From contig JAQGDQ010000176.1 of the NCBI GenBank assembly GCA_030141605.1, forward strand, positions 1 to 64,000: DNA of 64,000 nucleotides, read 5' to 3'. Positions 59,701 to 64,000 of the stretch are shown in pieces. The notes under the pieces are model-generated. The model saw only the letters and a program-made list of their open reading frames with translations. It was not told the origin of the DNA and ran no database searches. Source of the DNA: Tubiluchus corallicola (taxonomy: Eukaryota > Animalia > Priapulida). A program made the position numbers and the translations under genes. Every line of letters starts with the position of its first letter. The stretch's first letter is position 1.

Positions 59701-62700
59701 GAAATGCTTATGCTAAGGAATAGCTTAGGTAACAGAATGGTAACAGGACTTACAAAAGCACTACCTAACTGTTAAATACTCATTCAAATATGAGTACGAA
59801 TTTCTGATCGTATAGTGCCTCATCTTAGAGAATTGTTCTTGATGATTAGCTGGGTTAGCACAACAAGTTCACACCCATTCAATATTAATAGAAGGCTCTG
59901 CCATTCTTGAACTGATGGATCCTGGCTTGTGTACTGAACAGTACATAAAAAGAAAAAAACAACACTGCAAACTCCGTTGTCTTGCAGATGTTGTGTAAGG
60001 CTGATTTCTCACACACAACTTGCACTTAACACAATTGTGGACTATAGTACCATTTTATAGCAACTGATGTTTGTTTGGTGACATTTTCGAACTTGTTTAA
60101 ATGCTTCCTTAAAAATAAAATATTCTCACAAATGCTGACAAACTTGTAGTAATATTTCAAAATGATCCAATATATAATTTTGTTTGAGATCTGTTTATCT
60201 CCCAGTTATGACACATTCTCATTTCTAACACTGCGTATATCTGTAGTTGAGGCAGATCGATGAATTCCTGGCAGGGTTTCTAGTTCATAATAGTCATACC
60301 AAAGACAAAAACAGGGTAGCATAGATTGCCAGCATTGTCGCTGATTTTGTCAACAAAATCTATGGATGAAATTTACATGGGTACGAAGTGTCATTGTCAC
60401 TGTATTCTTGGATTATACTAACCATGGTGTCAAGAGAGTATTCTTTCTTTGCCTTGAAGATTTGCCTTTGGTATAAATTTGTCGAAATTATTCTACTTTC
60501 TTTGTAAAATTTTGAAATAGTGCCTTTTTTCAGAGAGAAAGCTACAGCCCAATGAGTTTCCTCACAATTTGTATATACAGAACTATAGTACTGCCACTGC
60601 TACATGTATTACGCTCAGGAAATGGCTTTTCTCGCTGAAAAAAGAGATTCAAGTCTCTGACGATAAAGCTGTCAGTTATTTTTTCTGGCAGGTATGTTGA
60701 AAAGTTCTCAAATACCTTAAATTGTGTGGGCTTATTTTGTTGGGACGTTGTGTTGCAATAATAATGGAAGATATTAAGACTTTAATTCCATTAGCTGACA
60801 AGAACTGTCAACACTACTTTTTGCTTCACGTATTAACGTTTTTTGTCATTACGGGCTACAAATTCATCATTAGTTTTACCTTGTTGTCTGAATCATTAAC
60901 ATTTGAATAGTATGAGCTTTATATTCAAATGTAATATAGATATCATCCTAGGTATGAAAAACAAGACATATTACGGAACCGTTTCTGTTAGTAATTCTGA
61001 ATATAATCGTATATTTTTGACTTACTGTAATAGTTGTAATCTGTGTTTTTTTTTATTTCTACCTCAGATTTTCATTTTGTTGATTTTTAACACAAAATCT
61101 TATTGAAAACAAGTTTAAATGTATCAATACATAATAATGTATGTTCCATATGTGAACAGTTTTTTGTAATATATTTTTCTTAGATATTTGCAGAATAATT
61201 TATTTTATCTTGTAGGCAGTAGATGATGTAAATCGAGGCCAGATTAAACCTGAAGACAAACTTTACCAGCTCAAACCGCTGCAAGATTCTTCAAGAACCT
61301 TAGAGGTATGTGTGCCTCTTTATTTGCTTTACAGGATAAATACTACTATCATGATCTCAGTCATCATCACTGTTTTCATTATTGCACATACAGGCAGCGG
61401 TATGGCTAATTATTGTAACTGTTATATACCTGCTGTAATCATAAGTAGAAGAAAATTGATCTGCCTTCTAGGCTCAATTTCGGGCTTAAAAAATTGCCAC
61501 AGGTTAACAAAATGCAATGCATCTGCCGCCAACCAGACTATCAGGCTTGCTGGTATTGCTGGTAATACTGGTATTGTGGTGCTGTAATTAAATCAGTATT
61601 TTGAAATTAGAGCTCTTCTCAATTCTTTCCTAACGGGTATATGAGCTATTACTGTCACTTATGACTGGTAAAACTAGAGCTTAATGCCCAGACTTTACTT
61701 TCTGCCTTTCAAATACCGGCTAATTTGAGCATTTCTTTGTGTCTTGCATGATATAAAAGCAATTTTTATTTGTGCAGTATTCCATGATCTGAGTAGTTTT
61801 TCTGTTTGAAAACTGCAAGCACTTTTTATTATTTTAAGAAGAAAAGAGCATTTTACAACTTCATTGTTGAACATTTTTAGGACGTACTTTGGCGTTTTAA
61901 CTGTGAGAATTTCATAATGATTCTGATCAAATTTTGCGCAGATTTGTTTAAAATAATCTTGTTGATTTCTATGCTAAGAGAAAAAGTGAAAAGCAAAATT
62001 TATAACTGGGGAATTTACTCTGCAAATATTAACACCCTGCAAATGGGACTTCAGGGCTCAGTGACTGGGCCCACTCAACGTGCATGGCTGTGAGACTTGT
62101 GACTGACGAATTGTCAAGGCTAGTCAGAAGCGTGTTAACCATGTTTGTATGTGAATACAATTCTCCTTCAAAAGAAGAAACTGTCAAAATCAGTATGGCA
62201 AATCAAATCAACCAGAAAGAGTCTTGAACTCATCATTTTATTTACGATTATGTTGCACACAATTTTTATGTGAAAATAAGGGCTGCCATTAAACTTACTG
62301 CTAGACGATTTTATAAGATGTGTTCAATTTGCTTAAATAATGATACTATTTTGCCAACTGTTCCAGTATTTAAAATTAGTCAGAGCAATGGATGGATATG
62401 GCGAGATTTCATTTCCACATTGTGCCTGTGATTCTCGTAAGGAGGGACATGTCATTGCCACGTTCAGCATTGAAAACTTTAAGCTAGCAGCATGTAAAGA
62501 AGATGGAACCCCAGAGGTAGGATATCATTACTAAAAATTAGGAAGTTACAAACAGTTTGTGTTGCATATAAGCTAAGAGAATCGCATGTAACATTAACGA
62601 ATTACCTGTCTTAGAAAACATTTATCACTTGCTAGTTGCAAAAATGGTGTATCGGTATTGGCGTATGTGCGTGGTTGTATTGGCCCAATAGATGGTAGAG

Positions 62701-63269
62701 CCTACCATTTAATTTGTAATCAGGCAGGTTCTGGGTTCAAATTCTGGTTGTCCAGCACTTTTCAGTGCCTTTTCCTTCAATTATTAGGTTAATTGTCGTG
62801 AGCGTGGTGTCATTTTAATGTGTATTCTGGATACCCTACAGAAGGTGCAGAGGCTTAGAAGTCAGCTTCTAAGGTGGCTCTATTTAACTGCATGCTAGTA
62901 GGCAAGAATTCAGACCAACTCTGCTATGTTGGATCAGTAAGCGAAATGGTAGAGAACTTGCATGTAAGCAGTAGATTCTGGGTTCGAACACTGGTTATCC
63001 AATGATTTTTAGTGCTTTTTTCTTTAATTTATTGTTGTAAGCTTCATGTATTTGTGAATGTGCATATCCAAAATAACATATAGTGACTGAGAAATTGAAA
63101 ATTTGAAACTAACTCTTTAAACATTTAATTGCTGTTTTAGTCACAAGTGATTGAATTTTCTTGGGAGGACATTACTGAACACGACTGCGATGAAGAGGGC
63201 ATGTTCTTCTCTTTCAAGTATGAAAGACCGAACAAAAAGCCTCGATGGGTGAAACTTCACTCCCATTTT
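47751..63269 (+). CDS. SNX27: Sorting nexin 27 (PDZ-PX-FERM), 3' end beyond window; exons 47751-48013, 48829-48927, 49757-49889, 53908-54100, 54278-54348, 55436-55540, 59537-59615, 60534-60691, 61216-61305, 62367-62516, 63141-63269
   Basis: [120 protein letters not shown]. Confidence 0.97.
55970..56680 (+). mobile_element. LINE (CR1/L2-like) 3' remnant with terminal stem-loop and (TGTCT/TGTCTA)n tail
   Basis: T-rich 3' UTR-like tract, hairpin AAGGGTAGC...GCTACCCTT at 56492-56534, short-repeat tail 56650-56680; coding remnant weak. Confidence 0.45.
62675..63070 (+). mobile_element. Two adjacent related tRNA-like SINE units
   Basis: ATGGTAGAG...TTCTGGGTTCAAATTCTGGTT and ATGGTAGAG...TTCTGGGTTCGAACACTGGTT, each followed by TTT(C/T)AGTGC.TTTT. 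Confidence 0.55.
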
Positions 63270-63813
63270 GTGAGTTTTCCTATTTTTTACTGGTTTGTTA
63301 TATTTTTAAATACTACTTAGTACTTGTACACTTTTACTCAGCCATCATTTTTCATGATGCATGCATTGTGTTTTAATATTTTGCAATTTAAGAATTGCAT
63401 TTATGCCAATAATAGTATTTGGTAATAATATTTTGGAATAAAAGCTACATTACCAAGCAAAAACAGATAATTAGTTTGAAGCTAGAGTAGCATATAAAAT
63501 CTTCTGAAACGCATTTATTTTATTCCAAAAATATTATTCATGAAATAAATATAATATGTTGATGAATTTGTCAAAACATCAGAATGATAAAATAAACTGT
63601 TCTAGTTTAATATTTGTGTTAGTCTCCCAGAATTTTTGCCAAATATACCATGAAAGGTAACTCCACACATTATTTATTACAGAAATTATACCTCATTAAA
63701 AATTCTAAAAATGTAGCCTTTAACTGATGCAAGCGCATTCAGATAAAAAAGTCAGTAACTCATTCTCAGTTCTTCTGACTTTAAATTGACATTTCAGTTT
63801 TCACCCTTCATAT

Positions 63814-63942
63814 TAGTGTTGTAGTGCTTGAGTCTTTTGGACTCAACTTGGATTCGTGTGTCACTGAATCGACACTTGACTCGGATTTATTTATAAATGA
63901 CTCGAGACTTAGGAGCTCGACTTGGACTTGACTACAACACTG
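63814..63942. mobile_element. Small MITE (TIR ~CAGTGTTGTAGT) with GACTCG/GACTTG internal repeats
   Basis: TAGTGTTGTAGT ... ACTACAACACTG; TSD poorly conserved. Confidence 0.6.
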
Positions 63943-64000
63943 TTATATATTATTATAATGGCACAATTTACTTTATTATATTTTTACAACATTAACATGT

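Noticed and set aside
62685-62755. Functional tRNA gene
   Set aside because: No consistent cloverleaf or acceptor stem; better explained as a SINE head
48014-63140. Many 60-120 aa ORFs in SNX27 introns
   Set aside because: Low-complexity F/L/I/K-rich frames expected from AT-rich DNA; no motifs or splice support
63820-63935. CRISPR-like short repeats (also the TTCGAA and CGATA repeats in MITEs)
   Set aside because: Irregular 5-6-bp subterminal repeats inside TIR elements in a eukaryotic genome; no repeat-spacer periodicity, no cas genes

Overview
AT-rich, intron-containing animal (probably invertebrate) genomic DNA; the species cannot be assigned from the sequence. Spliced models were built by hand from GT-AG sites. 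Genes in order: the 3' part of a VAMP7-like longin R-SNARE (+) with an alpha-1,3-fucosyltransferase nested antisense in its last intron; class III alcohol dehydrogenase (ADH5, -); an intronless EMC8/9 (+); RBM8A/Y14 (-); a RabX1/Rab21-31-like GTPase with only two detectable coding exons (+); maspardin SPG21 (-); and SNX27 (+, runs off the end). Six genes form three head-to-head pairs. A 5.6-kb Mutator-like element (48-bp TIRs, 9-bp TSD, decayed CaRF-domain gene, embedded RTE fragment) splits the ADH5/EMC promoter. A solo LTR sits in the SPG21/SNX27 promoter interval. Introns hold a deleted Buster hAT, MITEs, CR1/RTE/Tc1 relics and tRNA-like SINEs. No CRISPR array, rRNA or intact tRNA was seen. 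Family assignments come from recalled motifs, not database searches.
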